64,000 nt of DNA from Octopus sinensis. Its lineage: Eukaryota. The stretch is taken from assembly GCF_006345805.1 (NCBI RefSeq), contig NC_043013.1, positions 44,702,001-44,766,000 on the forward strand. Direction: 5' to 3'. The notes below the pieces were generated by a model that was not told where the DNA came from, did not search any database, and saw only the letters and a list, made by a program, of their open reading frames with translations. Below are positions 40,432 to 53,742 of this stretch, piece after piece; the first letter of the stretch is position 1; every line of letters begins with the position of its first letter. A program made the position numbers and the translations under genes.

Positions 40432-40545
40432 TGGAAAAATATCTTAGGAATGAGAACCCAGGTTCGAAATATCAGCCGAAACGTGTTAACAACAAACAAG
40501 ATGATGACAAATATGCGTAGAATGTAAATAATGTAAATAATGTAC

Positions 40546-40963
40546 TACTTTTACTCTTTTACTTGTTTCAGTCATTTGACTGCGGCCATGCTGAAGCACC
40601 GCCTTTAGTCGAGCAAATCAACCTCAGGACTTATTCTTTGTAAGCCTAGTACTTGTTCTATCGGTCTATTTTGCCGAACCGCTAAGTTACGGGGACGTAA
40701 ACACACCAGCATCGGTTGTCAAGCGATGTTGGGGTGATAAACACAGACACACAAACACATACACACACATATATATATATATATATATACACATATATAC
40801 GACGGGATTGTTTCAGTTTCCGTCTACCAAATTCACTCACAAGGCTTTGGTCGGCCCGAGGCTATAGTAGAAGACACTTGCCCAAGGTGTCACGCAGTGG
40901 GACTGAACTCGGAACCATGTGGTTGGTAAGCAAGTTATTTACCACATAGCCACTCCTACGCCT
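40546..40963 (-). mobile_element. SINE family C, full length
   Basis: Same structure as 6707-7192. Confidence 0.92.
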
Positions 40964-41159
40964 TTCTTTACTTTCAAAAGAAAACACTTCCCCATCGTCA
41001 GTTCATTTGATTAGAATACTAACAAGTCTTAACATTTGATGCAGCTAAAGTATATTTGCCAAAGCCTGTATTTAGCCATGGCCGAATGCATGTAGAAGTA
41101 AGAATAGTAGAAACTTAGAGTTACTGATTAGTAATGGTTTTTCAATTTAAATGTCAGGC

Positions 41160-41385
41160 ATAAGGCAGCGAACTGGCAGAATCGTTAGCACTCCAGACGA
41201 AATGCTTAGTGGTATTTCGTCTGTCTTTACGTTCTGAGTTCAAATTCCGCTGAGTTTGACTGTGCCTTTCATCCTTTCGGGGTCGATAAATGAAGTACCA
41301 GTTGAACACTGGGATCGATGTAATCGACTCAACCTCACCCCAAACCTGCTGGCCGAGTGTCAAAATTTGAATCCAATTTAAATAC
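41160..41385 (+). mobile_element. SINE family B with the alternative tail
   Basis: Head TAAGGCAGCGAACTGGCAGAATCG to GGCCGAGTGTCAAAATTTGAA; older copies at ~41400-41545 (-) and ~42365-42570 (+). Confidence 0.85.
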
Positions 41386-42191
41386 AAGAAGGAATGGGTT
41401 TTGATCCTAGTACTTGAATGCTACTTTATTTTATCGATCTCAAAAGCATAAAATGAAAGATGACAATGGCGGGATTTGGGCACCAGATTGTAAAGAGCTG
41501 AAAGAAATACCGCAAGGTATTTTCTCGGACGCTTTAACTATTCTCCCAGTTCACCACCCTGAGTTCTCTATTGATAATACGGTATGCCAGAGTGTGTTAT
41601 TACCTCCTAAGGTATATACAAAATTTTATACGTCGAATGACTTGATGCAAAATATTCAATGTAAACTTCAATTTATACCATTATTGCAATCTATTGTAAA
41701 TGTCACAGTAAATTAAAACATGTACCATGTCATGAAATAATGTAAATATTGTTGTAAACGGCATTCTGTAAAAATAGTGTTAAATGTGAACCGCCATTTC
41801 TATCGTATGTTGAGAAATAATACTCTAAAATACATCTGTATCATAAGATAAACTGTAACATTACACGTTATTTTGAATCACAATGTGAAATACAAATATT
41901 GTTATATACCACAACTTGTATAATAATGAGAAACGAAAATATGACAGTCAATTGCAACATTGCAACCTGAGCTATATCATGAAATACCACTGAAAAATGT
42001 AAAATGTAATTTATACCATACTGTACAATGCTGAAAATACTGTTGCGAATTACGACAAATGCCTTATGATACGATATAAATGTCGTTGTAAATTGCATCT
42101 TATTGGGGTAATATCGTCAATACAGTGTTAATGTAGAACCGGTCTTGTTATTTTGAGATTTGTAAATATATTGGTGATTATCGATGATAGA

Positions 42192-42261
42192 TTGTGTTAA
42201 CAACAAACAAGATGAGGACAAATATCCGTCGAATGTAAATAATGTAAATAACGTAAATAAT
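42192..42261 (+). mobile_element. Solo 3' tail of the tRNA-hammerhead element
   Basis: TTGTGTTAACAACAAACAAGATGAGGACAAATATCCGTCGAATGTAAATAATGT matches the post-ribozyme tail at 39781-39853 (-). Confidence 0.85.
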
Positions 42262-42599
42262 ATCTGTATTCTTTTCCTCTATATGAGAACGGGCTTTTCT
42301 GCTTCCAGAACTCAATCTTTAATGCTGTCACTATACCAAAATACGGGTAACTGAAACTGATAACCTCCGAGCTGGCAGAATCTTTTGCACGTTGAGCAAA
42401 ATAGTTAGCGGCATTTCATCCATCATTCTGAGTTCAAATTCCGCCAAGGCCGAATTTTCCTTTCATCCTTTCGGGTCCGGTAAAATAAGTATCCGTTGAG
42501 CACTTGGTCAATGTAATCGACTTAACTCCTCCCACAAAATAGCTGGCCTTGTGCCAAAATTTGAAACCAATCGCAAAAGCATCTTTTAAAGCATTTATT

Positions 42600-43460
42600 T
42601 TACCAACTGTTGAAGTGGATTTGTCCTTCGCCATCAAATTCGATATTTCATTCATGCGTCTCTGTTGCATTTGCTATAAGGCTTTATCTATTTCCCTCAG
42701 AAGCTCAACAACTAGTCTTCAGTCCTTGAACTTAATGGCAACCATGTGGAATATGCTGGATTTAGCTTTAAATGCATGATATATGACTTCTACTAGAAGT
42801 ACGATACCCTGTCATCTTTGTAACTCATATGACTCCCTCAATCCTTCAAGCTTTCATGTGCATACTCCAAATCACTTTCCTATGGCTACATTAACTTGAC
42901 ATTTAGAGCCACACCATTCACTTTATTCGTTATTTTCGAGAACTTTCTGCAAACATTACGTTCCAATCATTTGCGCCATTCAGAAGTTTCGGTCTTCACG
43001 GTGTTTTACTTCTGCTCTTGAAACGTATTTTGTTGCCTTTCGTAAAGAAAATTCACTGGGGTTTCGATCTTGCTCTCACTGATCACCAACCACTACTGGT
43101 TAATACTCCAGCAATGACATTCAGTTTTTGTTTATTTTTGTCACCATTGTCAAGTTATGGATGTCTTCCATGTTGCCATAATGTGATCCAACCAAACGTT
43201 GCCGCCATACTTATAGAGATAAATGTCACTCCAGCTCCACCTGTAAGATTTACTGTGGATGAAAATATATTGTATATCGATCTCAAGATGAACCGCAGTC
43301 AAGCCGATTCCATTTCTCCAAACATTTCAAAGATATTCTCCTTCGTTCGTCTGCCTTCCATTCTACTTCTGCACATTGGTTCCCTAAACCCACTACTTTT
43401 CCTCTTCAGTTTCTCTCAGGTCATGATATCCAACCGGCTTTTGTTATTGTGCAGAGATAT
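42600..43460 (-). mobile_element. Possible decayed LINE AP-endonuclease region
   Basis: Minus frame FIHSKSYRWSWSD...WLDHIM resembles the F.H...TW...LDYI end of APE domains; many stops. Confidence 0.35.
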
Positions 43461-44370
43461 CTATTTGCTACAAAGCCGTCCCAGTCCACCATTTCTGTTC
43501 ACCTCGATTCCCCACACCTTTGCACAAACATACAGAAAACACACACATATAAATTAGCAAATATGTATATATAAATACTTAATTGAAATTGTATTGGTGT
43601 ATGAATCTATGTGTGCGTGTATATGCGACTATATGCGTATGCATGCATATTTTTGTTCATATATGAGTATTTCTGTGTGATCAAAACTCTGTCGAATGGT
43701 TTAACATTATTTCTACAACTCTACGTAAATAACCAATTTATTTTCAATCTTTCTTTCTGTTACATCTTTTCAATCTTTCATTCTGTTACTTCTTTTCAAT
43801 CTTTCTTTTCATTCTTTCTCTTCTTTCCTTGCAATTGTTTTCCTTTTCTTCTCCGTTCTTTCTTTCTTTCTTTCTTTTTTTCCTTTTTCCTTTTACTTCC
43901 CTCCATTTTACATTACAAAGTGTTTTTACAATATCCTGAATCTCAGAAAACCGCCATTACTCTCGCCAGTTTCGTTAAACATGGCTTGAAATAGAAATAG
44001 CGTCTATTAAGATATGTGAACATAGCCAAAAGTGAAGTGTTGCTATATAATATGCTTCACACTGTCTTAGTCCTCCGCCTTCTCGAGTGTTTCAGCAACG
44101 TGAACGACGTCAAATAAAATATGTACAGAACATGTGTCGCCTGCATAGATGTCTTCCATTATAAACATGACTTTTGTGCATCTTCATAAGTTTTCCATCA
44201 ACGTTATTTCTACTTATATTTTTATGTCTACATTTACAAGCTGCTTCACTTCTCTTTGAAGATTTGTTATGAACTGCATCTCTTTGCTTTCGGAGTTCAA
44301 ATCACCACAGTGACAAATTTTCACTTTCATCTTTCTGAGAACTCGATGCAATAAGTACCAGCCATCGCTG

Positions 44371-44408
<38 letters not shown>

Positions 44409-44439
44409 GATGTATGTTTTCGTTAGATTTGTGACCAAA

Positions 44440-45600
44440 TGAATTCCAGCTGTAATAGAGTCGGCAATAATGTGGTTGATGTCTTCAGTTTTAGTTTTGC
44501 ATCATCTACATTTGTTGTCTGTCAGTGTTGCCTGCCTTCTTTGCTGTAGGTACTTGGTGGAGATCTCTTGTTCTTGACTAGCATGGAGGTAGCCTTCGAA
44601 GCGGGATGTCATAAATGGTATTCTGACTGAATCGTTAGCACGCCGGGCAAAATGCTTAGCGGTATTTCGTCTGCCGTTACGTTCTGAGTTCAAATTCCGC
44701 CGTGGTTGACTTTGCCTTTCATCCTTTCGAGGTCGATAAATTAAGTACCAGTTACGCACTGGGGTTGATATAATCAACTTAATCCGTTTGTCTGTCCTTG
44801 TTTGTCCCCTCTGTGTTTAGCCCCTTGTGGGTAGTAAAGAAATAGGTATTCTGGTCGTGTATTGTGTCAGATCTGAAGTCTTCATCGTTGCCTCCAAGAA
44901 GTCGTGGGGTGTACCAGCTTTTAATCAGGTGATGGATTGCAGCCATGTGGTGACTGTACTTCGGTTAATTGCAGTGCCTTGATAATCCACTCATATAGCA
45001 TACTATCAAAAATATTTTTGATCATCCAGCCATATTATATCCAGCGTTGTGCGGTTCTTTAATTCTCTTTCTTGTATAATTTTGCTAACTTTTGGTACTA
45101 AATAGACCCTCACACTTCCTTATTTCTTTCAGCTTGCTCTGGCGTTATAACATTGTTTGTGATACAATCGTAGTGTAGAAACAAGTTGATGCTGCTCGTC
45201 TACATTTTATACATGGGGTTTCGACGGGCTATCGGGCGATAATTTTTAGCTACAGTTGTTTGACTATTTTTACGAATGATAAGGGTGGTAACTGTTGACA
45301 GCCATGTCGGTATGTTCAATATGCTTTTGCTATTCTTCCCAAAGAGTTTTATTTGATCGCGCCGATCTAAGTTGAAGCTTTTTAACCAATACGGTGTAAT
45401 AAGACCTGGGCCTGGAGATTTCCTGTTTCGTATTTTTTTCAGGACCATTTCAAGTACAGCACAATCAGTTTTGTAGAGTTTTTGTTAGAAATCTTTGCAG
45501 TAGATCTGTTCTAACTTATCTATCCATTCAGCCCTTCCTCTAAATCCATCATCCAGTAACTTTCCACATTTTTTCTTTTGATAGGAGGTTTTTTTACTGA
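44440..45600 (-). mobile_element. Decayed R4/Dong-clade element with internal deletion
   Basis: RKSPGPGLITPYWLK...IPTWLSTVTTLIIRK...NYRPIA...MYK and TSRFEGYLHASQEQEISTKYL...DNKCR*CKTKTEDINHII. Confidence 0.85.
44626..44844 (+). mobile_element. SINE family B inserted in the R4/Dong relic
   Basis: TSD GGTATTCTG at 44617-44625 and 44845-44853. Confidence 0.9.
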
Positions 45601-45645
45601 TATTGCATTAATTTTTAAGCTACGAAAAACTACTTAAGAATTATA

Positions 45646-45840
45646 CATACATGTAATGTACATACGTATGTATGTATGTATGTATGTATGTATGTATGTA
45701 TGTATGTATGTATGTATGTATGTATGTATGTATGTATGTATGTGCGTATGTATGTGTGTATGTATGTATGTATGTATGTATGTATGTAGTATGTATGTAT
45801 GTATGTACGTATGTGTGTATGTATCCGTAAATGTATATGT
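45646..45840 (+). repeat. (TATG)n microsatellite
   Basis: Direct tandem repeat. Confidence 0.95.
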
Positions 45841-46295
45841 ATCGAGTTGACCAAAACGTCTGCTCGGTTTCTTACGCGAAAATGAAACAAAATTTTTAAG
45901 CACAAAGCAATTCATTCAATCAGTGATTGATTTATAAAATTACCGTATCGTTCCAGTATCTTCTGATATCTTCCAGGCAGATCCATTATTCCTCGTTCAA
46001 AGAATTTCTTGGCGAAAAACTCTTCCAGGTGAATTTTTAATCTTTTCGGAGTTCAATGAATTTTGAAAAATCCCAAGCAGGCGAAAATCTAAAAGTGCAA
46101 GGTCGGGCGAATATGAAGGATGTGGCAAAACTTTCCAGTCAAGTCCAAGTAACTTCTGCTGCATCTAAAGAAGTGTGCAGTCTGGCATGGTTGTGATAAA
46201 AACAATGCCCTTACGACTAGCAATTTCTGGAGGCTACTGGTGGATTGCTCTTTTTATTTTGACCAGCTGGTCACAGTCCACATCCGAATTGATGA
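45840..46295 (-). mobile_element. Mariner transposase C-terminal relic
   Basis: INSDVDCDQL...PEIASRKGIVF...HARLHTSL and frameshifted VLPHPSYSPDLAL. Confidence 0.75.
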
Positions 46296-46397
46296 GAAAA
46301 AGCTCGTAAAAGACTAGATTTCATTTAGTTACATGTAACCCAATCAAACTATTTTAAATAATAATATATATGACTCCTACGAAATTTGTTTATATAT

Positions 46398-46457
<60 letters not shown>

Positions 46458-46463
46458 ATATAT

Positions 46464-46649
46464 AACGCATATTTTTCTCTCCTTGTTTCTTTCCGTGTTT
46501 CTTTTCTGTGTATCTTTCTGTTGAAGAGCGTAGGCTCGAAACGTAAAAGACTTGTTTTATTTATATTCCTGACCGGCATACTAATACAATTGTTTGTTTG
46601 TATTCCACCTGCCTTCGTCTTTTGTTTATTTTCATAAAGTTTCCCGTTA
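46464..46649 (+). mobile_element. PLE 3' tail in (TA)n with CUGUUGA hammerhead variant
   Basis: TCTTT CTGTTGA A GAGC GTAG GCTC GAAAC GTA AAAGA at 46513-46550; same tail as 60180-60350. Confidence 0.75.
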
Positions 46650-46671
46650 TATATATATATATATATAATAT

Positions 46672-46741
<70 letters not shown>

Positions 46742-47419
46742 GATGGAGAGAAAGATGTGATATACATGAGTGTGTGCTTGTGCGTGTGGATTGTTAAAGA
46801 TAGTTGACAAATAACGAGGGAATAATCGATATGGATGAGGTAATTTTGGAGGGGAAGTGTAACTTCCAGCCTAACAAAAAAAAGTCCACCATGACCAGGA
46901 ATTTGATGCAGTGTAAAAGTTTCAGAACATAAATAAATCTATCAAAATGTAAAAGTTTTTACGAGAAATTTATTTGTCATTTGCCTTCCATATCAAACAT
47001 GGCGGCAGCTATGTAATTAAGCTGGATACTAGGAAACGCTATAAATTTTTTCATAATTCCATGGAAATAATAACTTGAAATTCCACAGAACAGATTTAAC
47101 ATAATTATTATCGTCATTATTCTAAAGGTATGCAAATGAAATTTGCTATTGGTGTTGTGTATGTGTTTTATGGACAAATATCTGTGTCGTATATGTGCAT
47201 AAATGTGTGTGAGTGATTGATGTGAAATGGTGTGGTGGTGGTGGTGGTGGTTGTGGTGGTGGTGGTGGTGATTTTGGCGCTTTTGGTGGCATTGGTTGCA
47301 CTGTAAATGTTTACTGACAAACTTCGAGCAAAGTTTCATCCTCCAACTCAATAATTCGACGGCTAATACCAACATTAACACACTATCACACACCTTTATT
47401 ACTACTTTCAAATTTTAAC

Positions 47420-47620
47420 ACAATGCCATCAATTTTAGGATGATGAGACCAATAACTTACATCGACCCCAGTGCTCAACTGGTACATATTTTATCGATCC
47501 GAAAGGATGAAAGGCAAAGTCGACTCCGGCAGCATTTCAACTCAGAACGTTAAGAACCGAAAGAAATGCCGCTAAACATTTTGTCCGGCGCAGTAACTAT
47601 TCTGCTAGTTCACCGCCTCA
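47420..47620 (-). mobile_element. SINE family B, decayed; further copies at ~48570-48950 (-) and ~52395-52535 (-)
   Basis: CGACCCCAGTGCTCAACTGGTAC...GAAAGGATGAAAGGCAAAGTCGAC. Confidence 0.8.
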
Positions 47621-49339
47621 TACATCTATTTTATTGCCTTTTACTTAGCAGCATTATTCCTTTAGATCTGTACGAGAGTCAATGGTCAATAATGATGTCA
47701 ATTTCACTAGCCGTTACTTTGTAATAATCTGTCCGAAACCCTGAGGGGAAAAATGTATGGGAGTGCGTGCATCTCACTATTTCAGCCTCTTGTGGCAATA
47801 TGTTCTCGGTTTCCAATGCCAAGTAGACAGTTCCGTAAGTTCTATCAATATTAATTGACAGAATTTCTTCCTATATATCATTGAGACAACCTTCCAGTTG
47901 CTGTTTTGTGGGCAACGAAAAATTCCCGTCATTTTGGGGATGATCGTAGCTGTCAGTTTTCTTTGCTAATTCTTGTACACACAGTTCGGCCAAGAAGAGA
48001 TTAGATGGATTGAATTAACTTTGTAAGGCCCACTCTTTGCTTTCTCCTCGACTTTTACTGCTTTATTTTTAACAAAAATGTCATCCCGATTTTTTTTTCT
48101 TACTCGACTCTATATACGTTTGTACGTAAATGTGTTTCGTCTCGTTCTTATCGTTGACAAAGAAAATCCTTGCATCGTTCATTTTGGTGGTGTTTTTAAT
48201 GGAATTGTCATTAGTTTTCTTTCTCCTTTCGTAATGTGTATCCTGATGAAGAGTATTTTCTTACTTTGTTATATGTAGGCTTTGTAGTCTTGGATTTACT
48301 TTTGTTTCTTTCGCTGGGTATGACGAAGTTTTCGTCGCCAAATATTCTATATGTAACAGGAGTGAAGAAAAATAAAATTTGTCCATTTTTTCTAAGCCTT
48401 GAATAAGTAAAACTTCTAAACTCATCAAAACTTTGTAGCTGAATAAGTTTCTTTTCAAAAGCTAATACTATTCCATGAAGTTGCACGAGAGAAAATCTTT
48501 TGCTTCGGTAAACGACCTAAAAACATGTATGACTGGATCAGCAGTAAATAATAATTACTCTAAATGTTAGTACAAAGCCCGCAATTTTCAGGACTCTACT
48601 ATTTGACTGGTACTTTATTTTATCGACCCCGAAAGGATGGAATGTAAAGTTGACCGCGGTGGGATTTGAACTCAGAACGTACAGAAATACCGCAATACAT
48701 TTTGTCGGACGCTTTAACGATTCTGCCAGCTCGCCGTCCTAATAATCCTTTCTACAATCGGTACAATTTAGGAGAGGGGGCCAAAATTAATTTCATCGAC
48801 CCCAGTGCTTAACTGATACTTATTTTGTCGACCCCGAAAGGATAAAAAGCAAAGTCGACTTCGGTGACATTTGAACTCAAAACGTAAAGTCGGAAGAAAT
48901 GCCGCTAAGCATTTTTCTCGGTCCAGGAACGAATCAGCCAACAAACCGCCTAAATGATAAGGTTTTATTTGCTGCTATGGCTGATAATAAACGTTAAAGA
49001 ACATGGTGTTTACATATATGTAGAGCTGGACAAAATATAGTTATAGACAAGTGTAAAGGGGTAGAGACGTGATACAATAGCAGGATCAAAAATTTGCTAT
49101 AAAAAGAAAAAAAAGCAGAAAAAATTTTTAAAAGCAATAATTAAAGCAATACATAATGGTAATATTACATAAAAAATATTTAGTGTTACTCAGTCATACA
49201 CGGGTGGAAGCCCACTTCACAATTCACCGTTAGCATCTCTTCACTTGGTTCATCAATGAAGGGTACTACTGCTTGCTATAGTCGAGAAACGGGTGCTTGG
49301 TCATTGCTTTCCAAGATTGGCCATGGAGTAACCTCATGT

Positions 49340-49727
49340 GATGGAAGCACTCCGTCGGTTACGACGATGAGGGTTCCGGTTGATCTGAATCAACGGAACA
49401 GCCTGCTCGTGAAATTAACGTGTAAGTGGCTGAGCACTCCACAGACACGTGCATCCTTAACGTAGTTCTCGGGGATATTCAGCGTGACACAGAGAGTGAC
49501 AAGGCCAGCCCTTTGAAATACAGGTACAACAGAAACAGGAAGTAAGAGTGAGAGAAAGTTGTGGTGAAAGAGTACAGCAGGGATCACCACCATCCCCTGC
49601 CGGAGCTTCGTGGAGCTTTAGGTGTTTTCGCTCAATAAACACTCACAACGCCCGGTCTGGGAATCGAAACCGCGATCCTACGACCGCGAGTCCGCTGCCC
49701 TAACCACTGGGCCATTGCGCCTCCACA
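49340..49727 (-). mobile_element. SINE family A, full length, tail variant 2
   Basis: TSD TAACCTCATGT at 49329-49339 and 49728-49738. Confidence 0.95.
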
Positions 49728-50560
49728 TAACCTCATGTACCAGAGCGTTAGTCGAAGAAATTCTGCGCTGTCCTGTTAAAAGCAGAAATAAGTCAGTTTC
49801 CGTTCCTCTTTGTCTCCTCTTAGATGAACTCGTTAGGTAAGGAAACACTATTTGGTTTGATATAGGATTTGCAGGCAGTTTTTCATGTCTGGAATCCCAA
49901 AATCTTTGGGAAACAAAGCTGAGGCAAAACTTAACTCTATTAACATTCGGGACAATCTCAAACTGGTTTTCCGCTTTCTCTGAACAATCTAAATCTGTCA
50001 CCGTTTATATATTTTATATACAAAATATCCGGTGCAAATTCTCAATAGATTTGGATTTTTTCTGAAAAATATAAGGCCTTCTATATCTAAAAAAATATGC
50101 TCGCTTGCTCATGAATTTACTTATTTATTTATTTATATCATTGTTTTATGGAACTAATTTTCTTTTCCTATGTGGGTTGCGAACACTCCGTTGATTTGAT
50201 GCAATTCTAAAAACAAACCGACAAAAAAACGGAGCAAATTTCTCAAATAAAATTCAAATGTGTGTTTTTTAATGCGAAAAACAATTCAATACGATTTTTT
50301 CCCCTTATTAAGAAGTTAGGGATATAAAAAAAATTAATATAATGTAAGCAAAAATGTTTATCCAGCATCTCAAATAGGAACTGACATTTAAAAACATCAA
50401 ATGTTAGAATTCTGTTTTTTAAATGAAAATTATATTTTTAAAATCCACTGGTTTTGTAAATATGAATTAGGCACGTAAGAAATATCATTAAGTTTGTGAA
50501 AATCTTTTGTAAAAGTAATAAAAATGGGGAGATGGAGACCAAGTACATATATCTGCACTC

Positions 50561-50696
50561 GCTGTTAATCTTGATACGAGATCCCCATGTCGCGCAGATA
50601 TGGTTGTGATGCATGTGCCCGGTGTATGATGGGAATACTGGGCTTCGTATATTTTACCCCAGTGTCATTTTGATGGCACGCACTGCTCTCTGATTC
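50561..50696 (+). mobile_element. Family D element, 5'-truncated
   Basis: Ends TTC followed by a long (AAT)n array. Confidence 0.8.
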
Positions 50697-50746
<50 letters not shown>

Positions 50747-50751
50747 TGATG

Positions 50752-50813
<62 letters not shown>

Positions 50814-50838
50814 GATAATGATATTAATAATAATGATA

Positions 50839-50891
<53 letters not shown>

Positions 50892-50892
50892 G

Positions 50893-50939
<47 letters not shown>

Positions 50940-50961
50940 GATAATGATATTAATAATAATG

Positions 50962-51057
<96 letters not shown>
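50697..51057 (+). repeat. (AAT)n/(GAT)n compound microsatellite
   Basis: Direct tandem repeats with a higher-order duplication. Confidence 0.95.
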
Positions 51058-51059
<2 letters not shown>

Positions 51060-51517
51060 CGTTTACTCTTTTACTTATTTCAGTCATTTGACTGCAGCCA
51101 TGCTGGAGCACCGCTTTTAGTCGAGAAAATCGACCCCAGGGCTTATTCTTTGTAAGCCTAGAACTTATTCTATGGTTCCGGGTTCAGTCCCACTGCGTGG
51201 CACCATGGGCAAATGTCTTACGCTATAGGCTCGGGCCGATCAAAGCCTTGTGAGTGGATTTGGTAGAAGGAAACTGAAAGAAGCCTGTCGTATATATGTG
51301 TGCGCTCACGCGCGCACGTTTGTGTGAGTGTGTCCTCCATCGCTTGACAACCGATACTTACGTGCCCATAACTTAGCGGTTCCGCGAAAGAGCCCGATAG
51401 AATAAGTACTAGGCTTACAAATAATGAGTCCTGGGGTCGATTTGTTCGACTAAAGGCAGTGCTCCAGCATGGTCGCAGTCAAATGACTGAAACAAATAAA
51501 AAGAGTAAAAGAGTAAA
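51058..51517. mobile_element. SINE family C with inverted junction: 3' tail on minus joined to a 5'-truncated plus copy
   Basis: Junction CTTATTCTAT|GGTTCCGGGTTCAG near 51172; both outer ends are AAAAGAGT tails. Confidence 0.85.
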
Positions 51518-51620
51518 TGTTCGATGCAACTCGGCTAAAACGAATAGAATTGATAGAATTCCTATGTTTGTGCACTTCTCATTCGGCGGCGTTTCTTGCC
51601 TGTGCGTAACTATCAATGTT

Positions 51621-51628
51621 ATTTGTTG

Positions 51629-51699
<71 letters not shown>

Positions 51700-51733
51700 G
51701 ATGATGATGATGATGATGATGCCGCTGCCGCCG
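51621..51733 (+). repeat. (TTG)n/(CTG)n/(ATG)n microsatellite
   Basis: Direct tandem repeats; poly-Q/H/L/C ORF artefacts. Confidence 0.95.
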
Positions 51734-52809
51734 CCAAGCGAGATCTCGTATCCACTCAATGACATATTTTTTCCTCAAGAAAATAAAGTCTTCTGTGTCT
51801 GTAAAATGTATATCTGGCTGCAAAGCAAACTTGTTTGTGTTTTGGTTTTTGCTTTGCTGTTATTTTTCTTTTTTTTTTTCAAAGAATTTATAGTTTACTT
51901 TCTCTCTTTTTGTTGAAGGGTTATTCGATTAACTTGACACTGTTACGGAAATAAGTTAAACCAAGAAAAACGGATCCAAAATATTGAAATAAAATCCGAA
52001 TAAAGGTGGGGATTTTGTAAAAAAAAATAATTTAATGGAATATTACTACTTATAAAAGAGTTTTGCATGTAAAAATATTAATACAACGCTTATGAAACTA
52101 ATATTAGAATGGATGTAAAAATATTAATGCAGGAAATGAAGATGTTGACATCCAACGATGTCAAGTCGAAGCAAAAGGAAATAAAATTTTCGATAGAATT
52201 CCTTTTTTTTTTTTCAAAATGTAGCAATAATTAATTAGATAAAAGCTCATTGGAAAACAGTTAAACGAACATTAAAATATGAGTCAGTATTTTTTTAGAA
52301 AAAAAATCCTTTGGAAAAACGAAATCAAAGACTACAAAAGAGAACAGAAGTAAAAATGGCTGCACACGTTGATGGTAACAACAACAAAAGTTATAAGGAT
52401 TTCAAATTTTGGCACAAGGCCAGTAATTTCGAGCGTGGTGGGAGGGGAATAAGTCGATAACATCAGCCACAGTGTTCAACTGGTACTTATTTTATCGAAC
52501 TCGATAAAAGTCGACCTCGGTGAAATTTGAACTCAGGCTGGTACTTATTCTATCTATCTCTTTTGCCAAACCGTTAAGTTATGGGGACGTAAAAACACCA
52601 CCACCAGTTGCCAAGTACACACACACACACACCACACACACACTCACATACACACCACACACACACACACACATATATATATATAAGGCATGTATATATA
52701 TATGCTTATATTTATATATTATTTATATTAATATATATAATATATATATATATATACGTTTAAATATTTGTTGTGCAAGATTTTTTATGTGAAGTCGTGT
52801 GTTGAAACA

Positions 52810-52987
52810 GATATTGTTATATTTCGGAATGGTCATTTTGCCTGTTTAGCCAATAAAAACACACGCACTATATATTTGGTGTTACTTTGCTTCAGTGTTA
52901 TTTATTTTTTACATTAATCTTAATCTTATTTCGGCCAGAGTTCTTTCGTCACACTCCCGTGACCGCATCAGTGGTCCTTTGTTTTCT
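52810..52987 (-). mobile_element. Short repeat with CUGAUGC hammerhead variant (copy 1)
   Basis: CCA CTGATGC G GTCAC GGGAGT GTGAC GAAA GAAC TC TGG at 52935-52974; near-identical to 54186-54345. Confidence 0.65.
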
Positions 52988-53051
52988 TTTACTTGTTTCA
53001 GTCATTTGACGTGGCCTCTGTAATTATTGATTTTTTTTCTCCTCCGCGTAG

Positions 53052-53150
<99 letters not shown>

Positions 53151-53166
53151 TACATATATATATATA

Positions 53167-53204
<38 letters not shown>

Positions 53205-53364
53205 ATAATATATATAATATATATAATATATATATTATATATATATATATATTATATATATATATATATATATACACATATATACACACACACACACACA
53301 TATATATATAATATACACACACACACACGCACACACACACACACACAATATATATATTATAACT

Positions 53365-53660
53365 GCAGGCCCACCAAAGCCTTGTGGGTGAATTTCTTAC
53401 ACGGAAACTGAAAGAAGACTGTTGTATATATGTCTATATTTGTATGTGTGTGTGCGTATGTCTGTGATGTACACCCACCATCGCTTGACAACCGATGTTT
53501 CTGTATTTACGGCCTCGTAACTTAGTCGTTTGGCAAAACACACCGATAGAATATGTACTAGGCTTACAAACAATAAATCCTGGTATCGATTTCTTCGATT
53601 AAAGATGGTGCTCCAGCATGGCCGCAATCACGTGACCGAACAAGTAAGTCAATAAAAAAC
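53365..53660 (+). mobile_element. SINE family C, 5'-truncated
   Basis: CCAAAGCCTTGTG...GCTCCAGCATGGCCGCA. Confidence 0.85.
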
Positions 53661-53742
53661 TATGTCATTTTGATCCCGAACAACGTCGGGTATATATATG
53701 AATTATATATTATTAAGGTGGTTGGTCGCAATTTATATACAT

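Larger units (their letters stand above)
39781..40544. mobile_element. Head-to-head palindromic element: tRNA-like head + (AAY)n + hammerhead + tail
   Basis: Centre ATATGCCC-AC-GGGCATAT (40066-40083). Left arm on minus is complete; right arm has deletions and a nested family D insertion. Confidence 0.85.

Noticed and set aside
47680-47960. Possible Tc1 transposase C-terminal remnant
   Set aside because: Similarity is too weak to call by eye.
49200-50001. ORFs that join across the SINE at 49340 once it is removed
   Set aside because: The products are short with no recognisable motif and no supported splice structure.
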